In this document: positions 11,601-24,844 of the stretch, one piece after another
Numbering within the stretch: position 1 is the stretch's first letter
Layout: every line of letters starts with the position of its first letter
DNA from: Octopus sinensis
Lineage: Eukaryota
Length of the DNA stretch: 64,000 nt
Direction of reading: 5' to 3'
NCBI RefSeq assembly: GCF_006345805.1
Contig: NC_043016.1
Location: forward strand, 6,076,001 to 6,140,000
Program-made: the position numbers and the translations under genes
The notes under the pieces: generated by a model
Told to the model about the DNA's origin: nothing
The model's database searches: none
The model's input: only the letters and a program-made list of their open reading frames with translations

Positions 11601-13939
11601 CTTTAATATTAAATGACAAATACTAACAGGATGTGAAGATGTACAGCAACAACAAACAAGGATGCTGAACATGGAAGAATTAGGCAGACCAGGTAGAAAT
11701 GTGATTAAGCATGATGTGACGTATAAGAAATGTTAAGCAAGTCGAGAGGCAACACAAAAGAACCAAAAGAATGGCTGAATTACTAATTGCAATAAATAGG
11801 CCACGGTGACCTATTAACATTTTTTAACATATTTCCATTGAATTAGTCTGACTTTCATGAGGTGCATCCAGAAAATGAAGAATCCAAGCAGTAATGTATC
11901 TATTCAATCTTAACACATTCTGGCAAATTGAAACAGGAAGGCATTGTCTAAAGAGAGGAGATGTTTTCTGAGGACAATAAACAACAGCAATCATATATTC
12001 AGGTTCAAACCTGACAGAATGTAATAAGAATGAGTATGAATAGTTTGTTATACACCAATTTCATTTAAAATAATTTTGAAAATAATGAAAAATTTAGTAA
12101 AGTAACTTTGTAATTATTAAGCTGGTGTTAAAGAGAAATTTGGATGGAAGGTTTTAATTGAGATCACTTCAACCTTTTATTAGCATATTTCTGTTGAAAT
12201 ACACTGCTTTAATTAATTTTTAGAATAATAAAGAATTTAGTAAAATATTTGGTCATTAATAAGCTGGAGTTTGGAACATTAACTAACATGAAATTTTGTT
12301 GGAAAGTTTAAATTTAGATCAGTTGAGCCCTTTTGTTAACATATTTCCACTGAAATACACAGCTTTCCTTTTAATTAATTAGTTTTGTTGTTGCAATTTA
12401 TCACCCACAAGCTTTCTCCCTTAAAGCTGCAGGCACATTTTGACATATTTAGATGAACACTTAAATTAAATACATCACTACATTTATTTCTGGTCAAGCT
12501 ACTTTCAATTTAGTACGAGGCTGAATGTCTGTTTCCAGGTGTAATTTTCATCGCTTATATACTAACCACAGAGTAATCAAACTTAGCTTTTGGGATTTTT
12601 TTTTTTTACTGAATAAAAATGACCACTCCTGCATTTGAAGCTTTAGGAAGGGCATCCAGCTGTAGAAACACTGCCAGAACAGACTGGAGCCTGGTGCAGC
12701 CTTCTGGCTTCCCAGACCCCAGTCGAACTATCCAACCCATGCTAGCACAGAAAACGGACATTAAACGATGATAATGATGATGATGATGATGATGATGAAG
12801 AATTTAAACTTTGTCATTATTAAGTTGGTGTTTCAAACATAAATTTAATATGAAATTTTCGAAGGTAGCTTTTAATTAAGATCCCTTTAAAACAGGAAGT
12901 TTGTATCATAGAAACAGGAGAAGTCTTAGGGGGGTTGGTATCGAAAGGGTTAAATGAGGAATTTTGTGCAAGGAAAAATGTTCACCAATGATTGTACTCA
13001 AAACTAATTTTTTTTTAAATTCCTTTAGTGAGAGAGAAAACATTTTAAAAACGGTCTTTAAAATGCTACCAATGTTGGCAGAACAATTTATTTTCAAAGA
13101 TCCACCAACAATAAATAAGATCTCTCAGTTCAAGGAAGATACAAAAGATTTAACAACAGAAATGTCTAAATGTCCTTTGTATTTCTTACTTTTCTTTATA
13201 TTTGTCTTTTTATTGCGTTTTTGTTTATTCTTTTGCATAAAATTTTGTTGTATACATTTTTGTCTGTCTTTCAGACCAGCTTCACATGGTTGTTTAAACT
13301 GATTTGTTGTTGTTGTCATTGTCGCCACCACTGCCACAGTCATCGTCATCATCATCATCACCTTTATTGTTAAATGTCCAGGCTCCATTATGATGAGCCA
13401 GAGGACTGCACCAAGTTCGAATGTCCACTTCAGTATGCTGAATGCCCTTCCTAATAGCAACCACTTTAGAGAATGTAAAATGATACTTCTTCTTTCATGG
13501 CACCAACACTAGTGAGGTCACCAAATAATTTGCAGGAGAAGACCACTCAAGTAAGTGGATGTGTCATATTGAGGGAGATGGCTTTATGCCAAGTGCCAAG
13601 AAGAGTGATAGAAACAGGTATATAGAGAGAATATACAAGACTAACAAGACTAAGTGCAAAAAGAGGTGATGAAACGGCAGGGCATCCCCTCAAGTTACAG
13701 GAAAGTGAATATACATAGAATAGAGGATCAGGCAGAAAGATTAAATAAATATCTTGTTAGTTTCAATCATTTGAGAGTGGCCATGATGGGGCTACACTCT
13801 CCAGGGTTTCGTTGATAATAAGAAGTGTCCTATCAACCCAGTACTTATTTTATCAATTTGTATTTGGTGAAACATGAAGCTCCCCAGCTCTGGTCAAACA
13901 GTCCAACCCATGCCAGCATGGACAACATTAAATGATGTA

Positions 13940-16218
13940 TTAGCTATCCAAGATCAGTGTCAGACGTATCTGTGTGCGCCCCTCTTGCCAAGAGTGATCA
14001 TGCGGTCCTGAAGTTCGTCATGCACACAACTTTTTCCACGCCCACGATTACTTCACTGCCACGTAGAGTCTTCTCTGCAATTAATCTTGAAATTCTAACC
14101 GAGGCTTCCGCGCTTCTGGACTGGCATTCCCTGATGACGTTGTCCTCAGTTGACGAACTATGGTCATCCCTCAAAGCATATGTAATCTGTTTGACTGACC
14201 AGGCAGTTCCCGTTGGACTTCCCAAGAGGAAGAAACACAAGCCCTGGGTGACGAAGAAGGTTAAACGAGAACGTTGACTCAGAGATATGCTTGGGCTGAA
14301 TTCAAAAATCTGGATTCGACTGCAGCTTTTGAGGTGTACAAAACTCAACGAGACCGAGCCATGAAAATTGAAAAGAAAGAACGCTTCAGTTATGAATACA
14401 AAATCGCGGCAAATGCCAGTAGCAATCCAAAAACCTTCTTTGCCCATGTCCAGCGGAATCCCGCTTGAACAACCAGATTGCAACGTTGGTAGACTCAACA
14501 GGCGTATCGATTGAGGACCCTTATCAACAGAGTCAATTATTTGCCGAGGCTTTTTCAACTATTTTCAAACAAGATGATGGTCGTGAACCCCCTCCATTTG
14601 ATAGATCGGTACTTCCAATGCTTCGATTGATCATCACGCGGGACCAAGTCAAACGTGTTATTCAAGGCCTCGATGTCAACAAGGGTCACGGCCCTGACGG
14701 CATACACCACGGGTTATCAAAGCGTTGGCTCCGGTCATCTGCGAGCCCTTAACACGACTATTCAATATGTCATTGGCGACGGGTGTTATACCTGCAGACT
14801 GGAGAACAGCGATAATCTGCCCAATTTTCAAGAAAGGGAGCCGCGAAGACCCGCTTAACTACCGACCGGTTTCCCTTACATCAATAATCAGCAAGATGTT
14901 CGAAACCATCCTTAAGAAAAGTATGATGCTCCACCTCCTAAACACAGCCTCGATCACTGATTCCCAACACGGCTTCGTGCCGAAGAGATCATGCTTGACC
15001 AACTTACTAGTAATGGAAGAATTGGTGACGCGCATCCTCGATGATAGTGATGCTGTTGACATCGTTTTATTGGACTTTGCCAAAGCTTTTGACTTGGTAA
15101 ACCACCGCCTACTACTTGTCAAGCTTCAAGCATATAGTTTCCATCCGGATATTGTACGATGGGCTGGTGCCTTCCTCTCAGATCGCTCCTTCCAAGTTCA
15201 AGTTAATGGTTCGCGGTCCGACGTCTCCAGTGCGAGCAGTGGCATGCCTCAAGGTTCAGTGCTTGGGCCCTTGTTGTTCTTAGTCTTCATAAATGACTTG
15301 CCCGACGACCTCACGCAACACACCCTTCTATTTGCCGACGATATCAAACTGGTCGCTCCTCGCGGTAGTATAGAGGATCTTCGTCGATGCCTCCACCAAA
15401 TTGGAAGTGGTCTAACGATTGGGACCTGTGTCTGAATGTGTCAAAGTGCTGTCATCTGCCTGTCGGCTCTACTCCTGCAACTCAACTTGATTTCGAGCCG
15501 GGTCGTCTGCTGCTGGAGAGGACCGATCAGGTAAAGGACCTGGGTATCTTGGTGGATTCCTCCTTTTCGCCTTCGGCCCAGTGCGTCCATGCTGCCAACA
15601 AAGCGCGCGGAATTCTGTTTTTGATTCGACGGTCATTCGGAATGCTCACAGCAGCCATATTCCTGCCACTCTATGTCACGCTGGTGAGACCCATATTGGA
15701 GTATGGGATTCAAGCCTCTTCTCCTTATCTCCTCAAAGACATACAGCACCTCGAAAGAGTCCAGAGGCTGGCTACCCGCATGGTTCATGGTCTCAAAAAT
15801 TTGTCCTACGAAGAAAGGCTGAGGACGCTCGACCTTTATTCTCTTGAAAAACGCCGCCGCCGTGGTGATCTCATTCTCACCCACAACATCATAAGCGGGA
15901 AGTGTAACCTCTCGAAAGAGCTGTTCTTCACTCCTGCTCCGGAGCGTCGGCTGCGGGGTCATTCCGAAAAGCTCTACCTGCGACGATTTCATCTCAATCG
16001 AAGGAGAGGAGCTTTCTCCGTCCGGGTTGCGGATCCGTGGAACAAGCTGCCAGACGAGATGGTGAAGATGCCGACGACCGCTTTGTTCAAAGCCTCCCTG
16101 GACCTCAAGTGGCCTGTACTCTTTACATGAACACCACCCTGTACTTAACTCCATGTCCCCCTACATGGCCTTGCTATTTGCTTTTGAGCCAAATTAACTA
16201 ACTAACTAACTAACTAAC
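13940..16218 (+). mobile_element. 5'-truncated CR1-group LINE with frameshifted ORF2 and (TAAC)n tail
   Basis: Endonuclease end SDH; RT motifs NYRPVSLTS, QHGF, LDFAKAFD, PQGSVLGPLLF, LFADD; C-terminal RRRRGDLI and WNKLP; tail taactaactaac at about 16195-16218. Confidence 0.93.
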
Positions 16219-16240
16219 ATAACGCTCAGGAATAGAAAAA

Positions 16241-16282
16241 GTCTTTTACGTTTCGAGCCTACGCTCTTCTACAGAAAGGGAC
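16241..16282 (-). ncRNA. Penelope-type minimal hammerhead-like motif (variant core)
   Basis: Minus strand cuuu-CUGUAGAA-GAGC-guag-GCUC-GAAA-CGUA-aaag: stems I and II and a palindromic ACGU stem III are present, but A6 is U. Confidence 0.5.
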
Positions 16283-17047
16283 AGAAAAAACGAGGAGAGA
16301 AAAAAATGTGGTATATATATATATATATCAAATTATTGCATTCATGTTTAACCAAATAAATTGTTGCCTTTCATTTGGTCCACTCCAATCATAAACAGCC
16401 ATTAATGATGAGGATGATGCTTGAACAGAATATTATCTAGCTACAGTGAAACTTCATCATGAATAATTTAACAACTAGAAATTCCTACAAGAATTCCTCT
16501 TGAAGAAATGTAGACACCAGAAAATATTGTTGCTCTGCATTGGAATAATACTTCCTATATAAATCTCATAGCTGTGGAAAATATTTTTTAAATGTAAAAT
16601 ATAAGTATGTTGTAGAAGTTGCCTACAAGTATGGAATATGTACAGGTCCACCTAGTTATCTATAATAATTATGTTATTATAGATAATAATAATATTCCTG
16701 AAAATAATAATTATCATCTAACATTCGTTGTCCATGCTGGCATGGGTTGGACAGTTTGATCAGGGCTGGTAAGCTGCAGGGCTGTACCAGACTCCAGTCT
16801 GATTTGGCATGGTTTCTGTGGTTGGATGCCCTTTCTAACACCAACCACTCCGAGAGTGTAATGGGCGCTTTTACGTGGCACTGGCACAGGTATTTATCAC
16901 ATTACACCAACATCAGTCACATTGCCTCTGTGAGGCCCAGCACTCAAATGGTGCCTTTTACGTGTCACCGGCACAGGTGCCTGTTATGTGACACCAAATA
17001 TTTTAGATAGTAGTATTACAGACAGTAATATTATAGATAATACTAAC

Positions 17048-17112
17048 CTTTAAATGTAAACAGAGGTTTCCAAGAATTTTCAGTGGCTTCAGGAGACAAG
17101 GAACTTGGTAAA
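17048..17112 (-). CDS. THOC6: THOC6 exon 3 (SLPSSLSPEATENSWKPLFTFK)
   Basis: aatag|...|gttagt, 65 nt, phases 2/1 fit both neighbours. Resembles human [22 protein letters not shown]. Confidence 0.9.
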
Positions 17113-17636
17113 CTATTTCAAGACATAAGATAATTGTGTAACAATTGCAGCAGAATTTTTGTTAAAGAAATAAAAATAAAAGTAAATTGGAAAAAAGATG
17201 AAAAAAAAAAACATGGCATACACAATTAAACAGCATGAAATTAAATCACAATCTGTGATACATACTAAATGTGAATTCACACTGGTAGAAGGCATGATGC
17301 TGCATAATTGCCTGAGATAACTCTCCTCATAGACTTGTTATGTTAAAAACAATACATGTATGGGAGCAAGACAAATCATTGCTACAGTGACTCAAGAGAA
17401 CAACAGATACACTGCGCTATTGTTGAAGCTTGTCAATGCCATACACTTGACTAACACTTGCTTAAGTGTAATTTGTGCTTCAATACGTAGGAAACAGAGA
17501 GGAAAGCTTTCAGTGATATTGCAGAAGTTTGCCAGGCTATAATAAAAAAAATCTTGGGATATGTAAGTGAAATAGCATTAAATCAAAATCATCAATTATG
17601 TGGTGAACAAAATGCCTCATTTCATCTCAGCTAATT

Positions 17637-17975
17637 CATCATCATCGTTTAACGTCCGTTTTCCATGCTAGCTTGGGTTGGACAGTTCGACCGGGATCTG
17701 GGAAGCCAGGAGGCTGCACCAGGCTCCAGTCTGATCTGGCAGTGTTTCTACAGCTGGATGCCCTTCCTAATGCCAACCACTCCATGAGTGTAGTGGGTGC
17801 TTTTTATGTGCCACCAGCACAGGTGCCAGGAGAGGCTGGCAATGGTCACGATCGGTTGGTGGTTTTTATGTGCCACTGCACGGAAGCCAGTCAAGGCGGC
17901 GCTGGCATCGGCCACGTTCAGATGGTGCTTTTTATGTACCACCGGCACAGGGATCACAACTACAATTTCCATTGA
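17637..17975 (-). mobile_element. RTE 3'-UTR-derived short repeat with (GAT)n tail (other copies near 4203, 12646, 16715, 18735, 19240, 45165, 54730, 60530)
   Basis: Same sequence as the 3' ends of the RTE copies at 22463 and 49174. Confidence 0.85.
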
Positions 17976-19606
17976 TTTTTGAACGGTGTATATACATTTA
18001 GTATGATACACAGATGGCAATTTTAATTATCAACAGTTTAGTCTTCCACTAATGAGCTTGTCTACAACACCGTTCCACCATATCACCTTGGATCTGGTTG
18101 GGACTTGCAGATTTGGTCTGTAGCACTCAACAAGTTGTCCTTGATGTCGTATGTCTGTAATTCCTCTTCCACCTTTTCAAACAGGTACAGACATGGCCGT
18201 GTGGTTAAGAAACTTGCCTTACAACCACTTGGTTTCAAGTTCAGTCTCATTGCATGGCACTTTCAGCAAGTGTCTTCAACTGTAGCCCCAGGCTGACAAG
18301 TATATCTTGAGTAAATTTGGTGGACAGGAAACTGTGTGGAAGCCTTTTGCACATGGGCCTGTGTGCATTTGTACATGTTCTACTCACCCCCACACACACC
18401 ACTTTATCAACAACCAGTGTAGGTTTGTTTATGTCTCCATAACTTAATGGTTTCAGTAACAGGAGACCAACAGAACAAATGCTGAGGGTCAATTTGTTCA
18501 AGTAAATTCTTCAAGACATTGCTCCAGAATGATCGCAGCCCAACAACAAACAAAAAACAAACAAAAGATTAAAGACAAAAGAAGTTTTCTATTTTATGTT
18601 TTTAAGAGTTAAGAATAAATACCAATGTTGATACCTGTCTCTATCTCTCAAGTTCTGAGATTCTTGCTTCGTTTTGCTTTGCTTCATCAAATGTTTGCAA
18701 TGCAATTATATATTTCTGAGATGAAGAACTGTTTCATCATCATCGTTTAACGTCCACTTTCCATGCTAGCATGGGTTGGATGGTTCGACTGGGGTCTGGG
18801 AAGCCAGAAGGCTGCACCAGGCCAGTTTGATCTGGCAGTGTTTCTACGGCTGGATGCCCTTCCTAACACCAACCACTCCATGAGTGTAGTGGGTGCTTTT
18901 TACGTGCCACCGACACAGGTGCCAGGCGAGGCTGTTTATATTGGTCAAATTGGTGTTTTCATCTTCAGTGTTGCTTTCACTGCGGTTTGGCTCTTGCATG
19001 ATGTGGCCTTCTTCAGATGACTTATGTTGGACTTCGTTATTGTGTTTCAGTTTTGAATTTAACTATTTATCATGCAAAAACCGCCTTCTGAGCACTGGGC
19101 CTCATGGAGGCAATGACAAATGGCCAAGACCTTTGGCAATATGCTGTTCTTGAGAAGAAGACGCATCAGGCCAAGTGAAACTGTAGTCAAGGCAGGTACT
19201 GGTATCACACAATTGGCACCTATACTGGTGGCACGTAAAAGCACCTGCTACACTCTTGGAGTGGTTAGCATTCAGAAGGGCATCCAGCTACAAAATCCAT
19301 GCCAAATCAGACTAAACTCTGGTGCAGCCCCCAGCTTACCAGCTCCAGTCAAACCATCTAACCCATACCAGCATGGACAATAGATTTTAAATGATGATAA
19401 TGATGATGATGATATATATATATACATATATTTTTACAGTTAGATCTACTTCCTCTTTATCTGGATATATCCATCTTCATACACATTTTGAAATTAATCT
19501 TATTCTATTTGTGGGAAGAGCCCTTGGTTTCCGACCATCACATAGCTGTTTGCTTACTCATTGGTTATGCTATTTCCTATACACACATACACACATATAT
19601 ATATAT

Positions 19607-20444
19607 GTAGGTTCAGGAGTGGCTGTGTGGTAAGTAACTTGCTTACCAACCACATGGTTCCTGGTTCAGTCCCACTGTGTGGCACCTTGGGCAAGTGTCT
19701 TCTACTACAGCCTCGGGCCAGCCAAAGCCTTATGAGTGGATTTGGTAGACGAAAACTGAAAGAAACCTGTCGTGTGTGCGTGTGTGTCTGTGTTTGTTCC
19801 CCGCACCATCGGTTGACAACGAATGTTGGTGTGTTTACATCTCTGTAACTTAATGGTTCAGCAAAAGAGACCGATAGAATAAGTACTAGGCTCAGAAAAA
19901 ATAAGTCCCAGAACTGATTTGTTCAACTAAAGGTGTGCTCCAGCATGGCCACAGTCAAATGACTGAAACAAAATAAAAGAATACATAAATGTAATTATTT
20001 TCCCATGTAAACTGCACTTCATATTCGAGGCTCTGGTGAAGCTATGTAGTGTTACTCAGGCACTTAACTGTGAGTCCTCTGCATCTTATAGCAGAAACAG
20101 TTGTGAGCCTATAAAATTTATAAGATAATCATTTATTCTTTTCTCATCTCATTTGCTCATAACCACTGATAACAACTGCATAAAGAAGTGCCAATTACTG
20201 AAAGTGGACGGTACCCATGGAAGAGGGAGACCCAGGAAGATGTGGGATGACGTGGTAAGGACTGATCTCAGGAAGTTGGACCTCAAAGAGGAAATGACAA
20301 TGCACTGTGATGTCTGAATTGATAAAAGGTGGGTTTTTTCTAATTTTTATATATATGTTATATTTTGTGAAATTTGATTTAGTATTTCTAAATTGAATTT
20401 TTCCCTGTAAGTTAGGAATAATATTCCCTCAAATTATTATTATC

Positions 20445-20497
<53 letters not shown>

Positions 20498-21376
20498 ATA
20501 TATATATATTACACATACATATATATACACATATATATATATGTAGGTTCAGGAGTGGCTGTGTGGTAAGTAACTTGCTTACCAACCACATGGTTCCTGG
20601 TTCAGTCCCACTGTGTGGCACCTTGGGCAAGTGTCTTCTACTACAGCCTCGGCCAGCCAAAGCCTTATGAGTGGATTTGGTAGACGAAAACTGAAAGAAA
20701 CCTGTCGTGTGTGCGTGTGTGTCTGTGTTTGTTCCCCGCACCATCGGTTGACAACGAATGTTGGTGTGTTTACATCTCTGTAACTTAATGGTTCAGCAAA
20801 AGAGACCGATAGAATAAGTACTAGGCTCAGAAAAAATAAGTCCCAGAACTGATTTGTTCAACTAAAGGTGTGCTCCAGCATGGCCACAGTCAAATGACTG
20901 AAACAAAATAAAAGAATACATAAATGTAATTATTTTCCCATGTAAACTGCACTTCATATTCGAGGCTCTGGTGAAGCTATGTAGTGTTACTCAGGCACTT
21001 AACTGTGAGTCCTCTGCATCTTATAGCAGAAACAGTTGTGAGCCTATAAAATTTATAAGATAATCATTTATTCTTTTCTCATCTCATTTGCTCATAACCA
21101 CTGATAACAACTGCATAAAGAAGTGCCAATTACTGAAAGTGGACGGTACCCATGGAAGAGGGAGACCCAGGAAGATGTGGGATGACGTGGTAAGGACTGA
21201 TCTCAGGAAGTTGGACCTCAAAGAGGAATGACAATGCACTGTGATTCTGAATTGATAAAAGGTGGGTTTTTTCTAATTTTTATATATATGTTATATTTTG
21301 TGAAATTTGATTTAGTATTTCTAAATTGAATTTTTCCCTGTAAGTTAGGAATAATATTCCCTCAATTATTATTATC
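19607..21376 (+). repeat. Near-identical tandem duplication, period about 936 bp
   Basis: 19607-20445 is repeated at 20543-21376; (TA)n tracts separate and flank the copies. Confidence 0.95.
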
Positions 21377-21399
21377 ATATATATATATATATATTATAT

Positions 21400-21447
<48 letters not shown>

Positions 21448-22142
21448 CATATATATACACATATATATATAAATATATATATATTATATTAATTAGAGAC
21501 AAAACCACTATTAGGCAAATCAAACAATGAAAGACTTAAGCCAATACATATGATTAATTTAAAATTTGAAGACAGCAGGCAGGAAACGATCGTAGTGGGA
21601 TATTAATTATATATTTTTTGATCATTTTGTTACATATTTAAATAATATAAATAATCATATGTATTGGCTTAAGTCTTTCATTGTTTGATTGCCTAATAGT
21701 GGTTTTGTCTCTAATTTAATATAATATAATATTTTACTATAAAATTGGATTCAATCCTAAATCTGATTTTTCCCTGTAAGTTTGGATTTATTCCCTAATA
21801 TTTATTATTATTAATAAATATATATATATATATATATATAAATGATGGGCTTCTTTCAGTTTCCATCTTCCAAATCCACTCACAATGCTTTGGTCAGTTC
21901 AAAGCTCTAGTAGAAGACACTTGCCCGAGGTGCCACACAGTGGGACTGAACCCACAACTATATGGTCGGAAATCAAGCTTCTAACCTAAGAGCCATGTGA
22001 TATATACTCCCCATCACCACACAATGGTTTCAATGGAAAGAATATAACAAAGAACTAGTAATTGGAGTTTTGGGGAGTAGATGGTCATTTTGCTCAGAAA
22101 TTATTAAAAAAAAAAAAAAGAAAGAAGTGAAAATGTTTTTAC

Positions 22143-22258
22143 CTGAATATAGCACAATATCCATAGTTGTTGCCAGCTGCTAAGTATTTGCCACAAGGTG
22201 AGAAAACCATGGAATAAATAGTTGTGTACATTTGCTGGCGAGCAGCTAAGTCACGTTC
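22143..22258 (-). CDS. THOC6: THOC6 exon 2 ([38 protein letters not shown])
   Basis: cttcag|...|gtaaaa splice sites, 116 nt. The peptide matches the THOC6 N-terminal WD repeat (human [19 protein letters not shown]). Confidence 0.93.
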
Positions 22259-22462
22259 CTGAAGAAGTAACAGAACAACAAAGAACTTTAAAAGACGTTA
22301 TCAATCAAGACAAAGTTTCTTCTATTTTGGGACTAAAACTTATTTTTTAAATATTTCTCATGACTACTGAAATTAAATTAAAACGATACAAGGAAGCCTT
22401 TGTGTAGTTTTACGAACTGCTAGGAATAGCAGCCAAATCTCCTGTAAGTTACACTCCATGTT

Positions 22463-23860
22463 CATCATCATCATCATCATAGTTTAACGTCCACTTTCCA
22501 CGCTGGCATGGGGTGGACGGTTTGACTGAGGACTGGCAAAGTTTCTACAGCTGGATGCCCTTCCTAATGTCAACCACTCGGAGAGTGAAATGGGTGCTTT
22601 TCACATGCCACTGGCACAAGAGTCAGTCAGACGGGTCTGGCAACGACCATACTCAAAAGGTGTTTTTATGTTCTATGTTTTTATGAGCCAGTCCGGTGGC
22701 ATTGGCAACGACCATGCTCGAATGTTGTTTTTCATGTGCCACCAGTACATGTGCCAGTAAGGCGATGCTGGCAATGATCATGCTCAAATGGTGTTTTTCA
22801 CATTTCACCAGCACAGGAACCAATCCATGGCCCTGGAAACAATCACGCTCAGATGAGCTTTTAACGTTCCACTGGCATGAGTGCCAATCAGACAGTACTG
22901 TCATCGGCCACGTCATTGATTTTGGTTTGTTTACACATGCCTCAATAGCTCTTCGCAAGCAAAGTTCATTGTCCAATGAATAAGGGGTACTCATAAGTGG
23001 GCTGGTTACACCCACTGGAATAGGCCACAGTTACGGTCTCACTTGGCTTGCCAGGTCTTCTCAAGCACAGCATATCTCCAAAGGTCCCAGTCACTAGTCA
23101 TTGTCTTGGTAAGGCCCAATGTTCGAAGGTCATGCATCACCACCTCATCCCAGGTTTCCCTGGGTTTACCTCTTCCACAGTTTCCCTCAACTGCTAGCGT
23201 GTGACACTTTTTCATACAGCTGTCCTCATCCATACGTAACACATGACCATACCAGCACAGTCGTCTCTCTTGCACACCACATCTGATGTTTCTTAAATCC
23301 AACTTTTCTCTTAAGGCACTTACACTCTGTCGAGTATGCACACTGATATTACATATCCAGTGGAGCATACTGGCTTGATTCCTTGCAAGCTTACGCATGT
23401 CCTCAGCAGTCACAGCCCATGTTTCACTGACATGTAGCATGGCTGTTCATACACGTGTCATACAGTCTACTTTTACTCTGAGCAAGAGGCCCCTTGTCAC
23501 CAGCAGAGGTAGGAGCTCTCTGAACTTTGCCCAGGATATTCTTATTCTAGCAGCTACACTTTCAGAGCATCCACCCCTGCTACTGACTTAGTCCCCTAGG
23601 TACCGGAAGCTGTCAACTACTTCTAGTTTTTCTCCCTGGAATGTGATAGAAGCTGTTCTCTGCACATTTTCTGTGTTTATAGCACCTGAGTATTTGCCAC
23701 ACACAAAACCTATTTTCCTAGTTAGCCTCCCTTTGATACTGCTGCACCTCTTAGGTGTCCATAGCTTACAATGGGTACATCTTATGGAGTTTCTACCTAT
23801 GCCTTTTCTACAGAGCAAGCAGGGCCATCTACCTGAAGGGATTTGTGGTTTGTCTAATTT
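22463..23860 (-). mobile_element. 5'-truncated RTE-type LINE with (GAT)n tail
   Basis: LEVVDSFRYLGD, SETW, RRLCWYGHVLRMD, RGKPRETW, then the 3' UTR and a catcat tail. Confidence 0.88.
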
Positions 23861-24229
23861 TAAACAAATCAAAGGACAGGCTGGATCACATAGTAATGGA
23901 TATACTATAGTTAAAAACACAAGAGATGGTCATGACTGGAACACCTTTTGACCTTAGGTCAGTGAAATTAAGATTGATCTAGTGCTAAACAATGATTGTA
24001 ATGTACATTGTTATTAACTAGTTAGATTTCACAGTGATACATTTACTATCACACCATGACAATATTAATATTCTAAAACTAAAAAAATTAAATTAAAAAA
24101 AACCCCACAAATGAGGTTTTATCTATCATTAAAGAAGGGCTTATGAACAAAATTAATGACATTACAAATAATGAGTCTTAAGAAACATATTGGGTGTTGT
24201 GCCAAGTGCACCAATTACCGTAGGAATAA

Positions 24230-24430
24230 TTATTGTCTTAGTCTTTCAAGCTCTCTGGTTAGATCCAACTGGGATGACCATTGTCCTTTCACGATTAAAT
24301 TTTACTGGTCTAGAAGTCTTTGTTCTGTGATAGGGAACATGTCTTTCTCTATCCATATTTTATGCATCCTATTTTTGATAGGCTTGCTTCTGTAATAGCA
24401 TTCCATTTTGAATCTATCTTCATATGTCAT
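24230..24430 (-). mobile_element. R4/Dong-like LINE N-terminal relic
   Basis: MECYYRSKP...RMHKIW...ITEQRLLDQ, a motif typical of the R4/Dong ORF N-terminus. Confidence 0.6.
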
Positions 24431-24623
24431 AGTATCTGGATAACAACCAGACCCAGCTTGCTTTACAGTGGAACACTTGCCATATGAAAGACTTTTACTT
24501 AGGGGTTCAGGTCTTGTTAAAACAACTGTATTGATTTTATTTAACTCATAAAGAGGACTGTGTTGGTGAGATGTCACAACCACTAGTGTTTTTATCAATA
24601 TGTACATTTTGATCAACTATTAA

Positions 24624-24844
24624 CCCTTTTGCTACTAACCTGGCTGAAACCGGCACTGGCTCTGTGGTAAAATGTCTAGTTTTCATAAGTTTTGAATTAA
24701 AATCTTCCACCAAACCTTAGTCACAATTTATGTTCCTAACACTAGCTGAATGATAACTAAGTTATTTTACTAAATTCTTTGTTATATTTAAAGTAAATGA
24801 AAGAAACACAGAGCATCTAAAAAATAAATATGGTAACAAAAGGG
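24624..24844. mobile_element. piggyBac-like MITE
   Basis: TTAA|CCCTTT...AAAGGG|TTAA. Confidence 0.8.

Noticed and set aside
17490-17538. Alternative candidate for THOC6 exon 3 (LANFCNITESFPLCFL)
   Set aside because: Weak donor and no similarity to THOC6; 17048-17112 fits in both phase and sequence.
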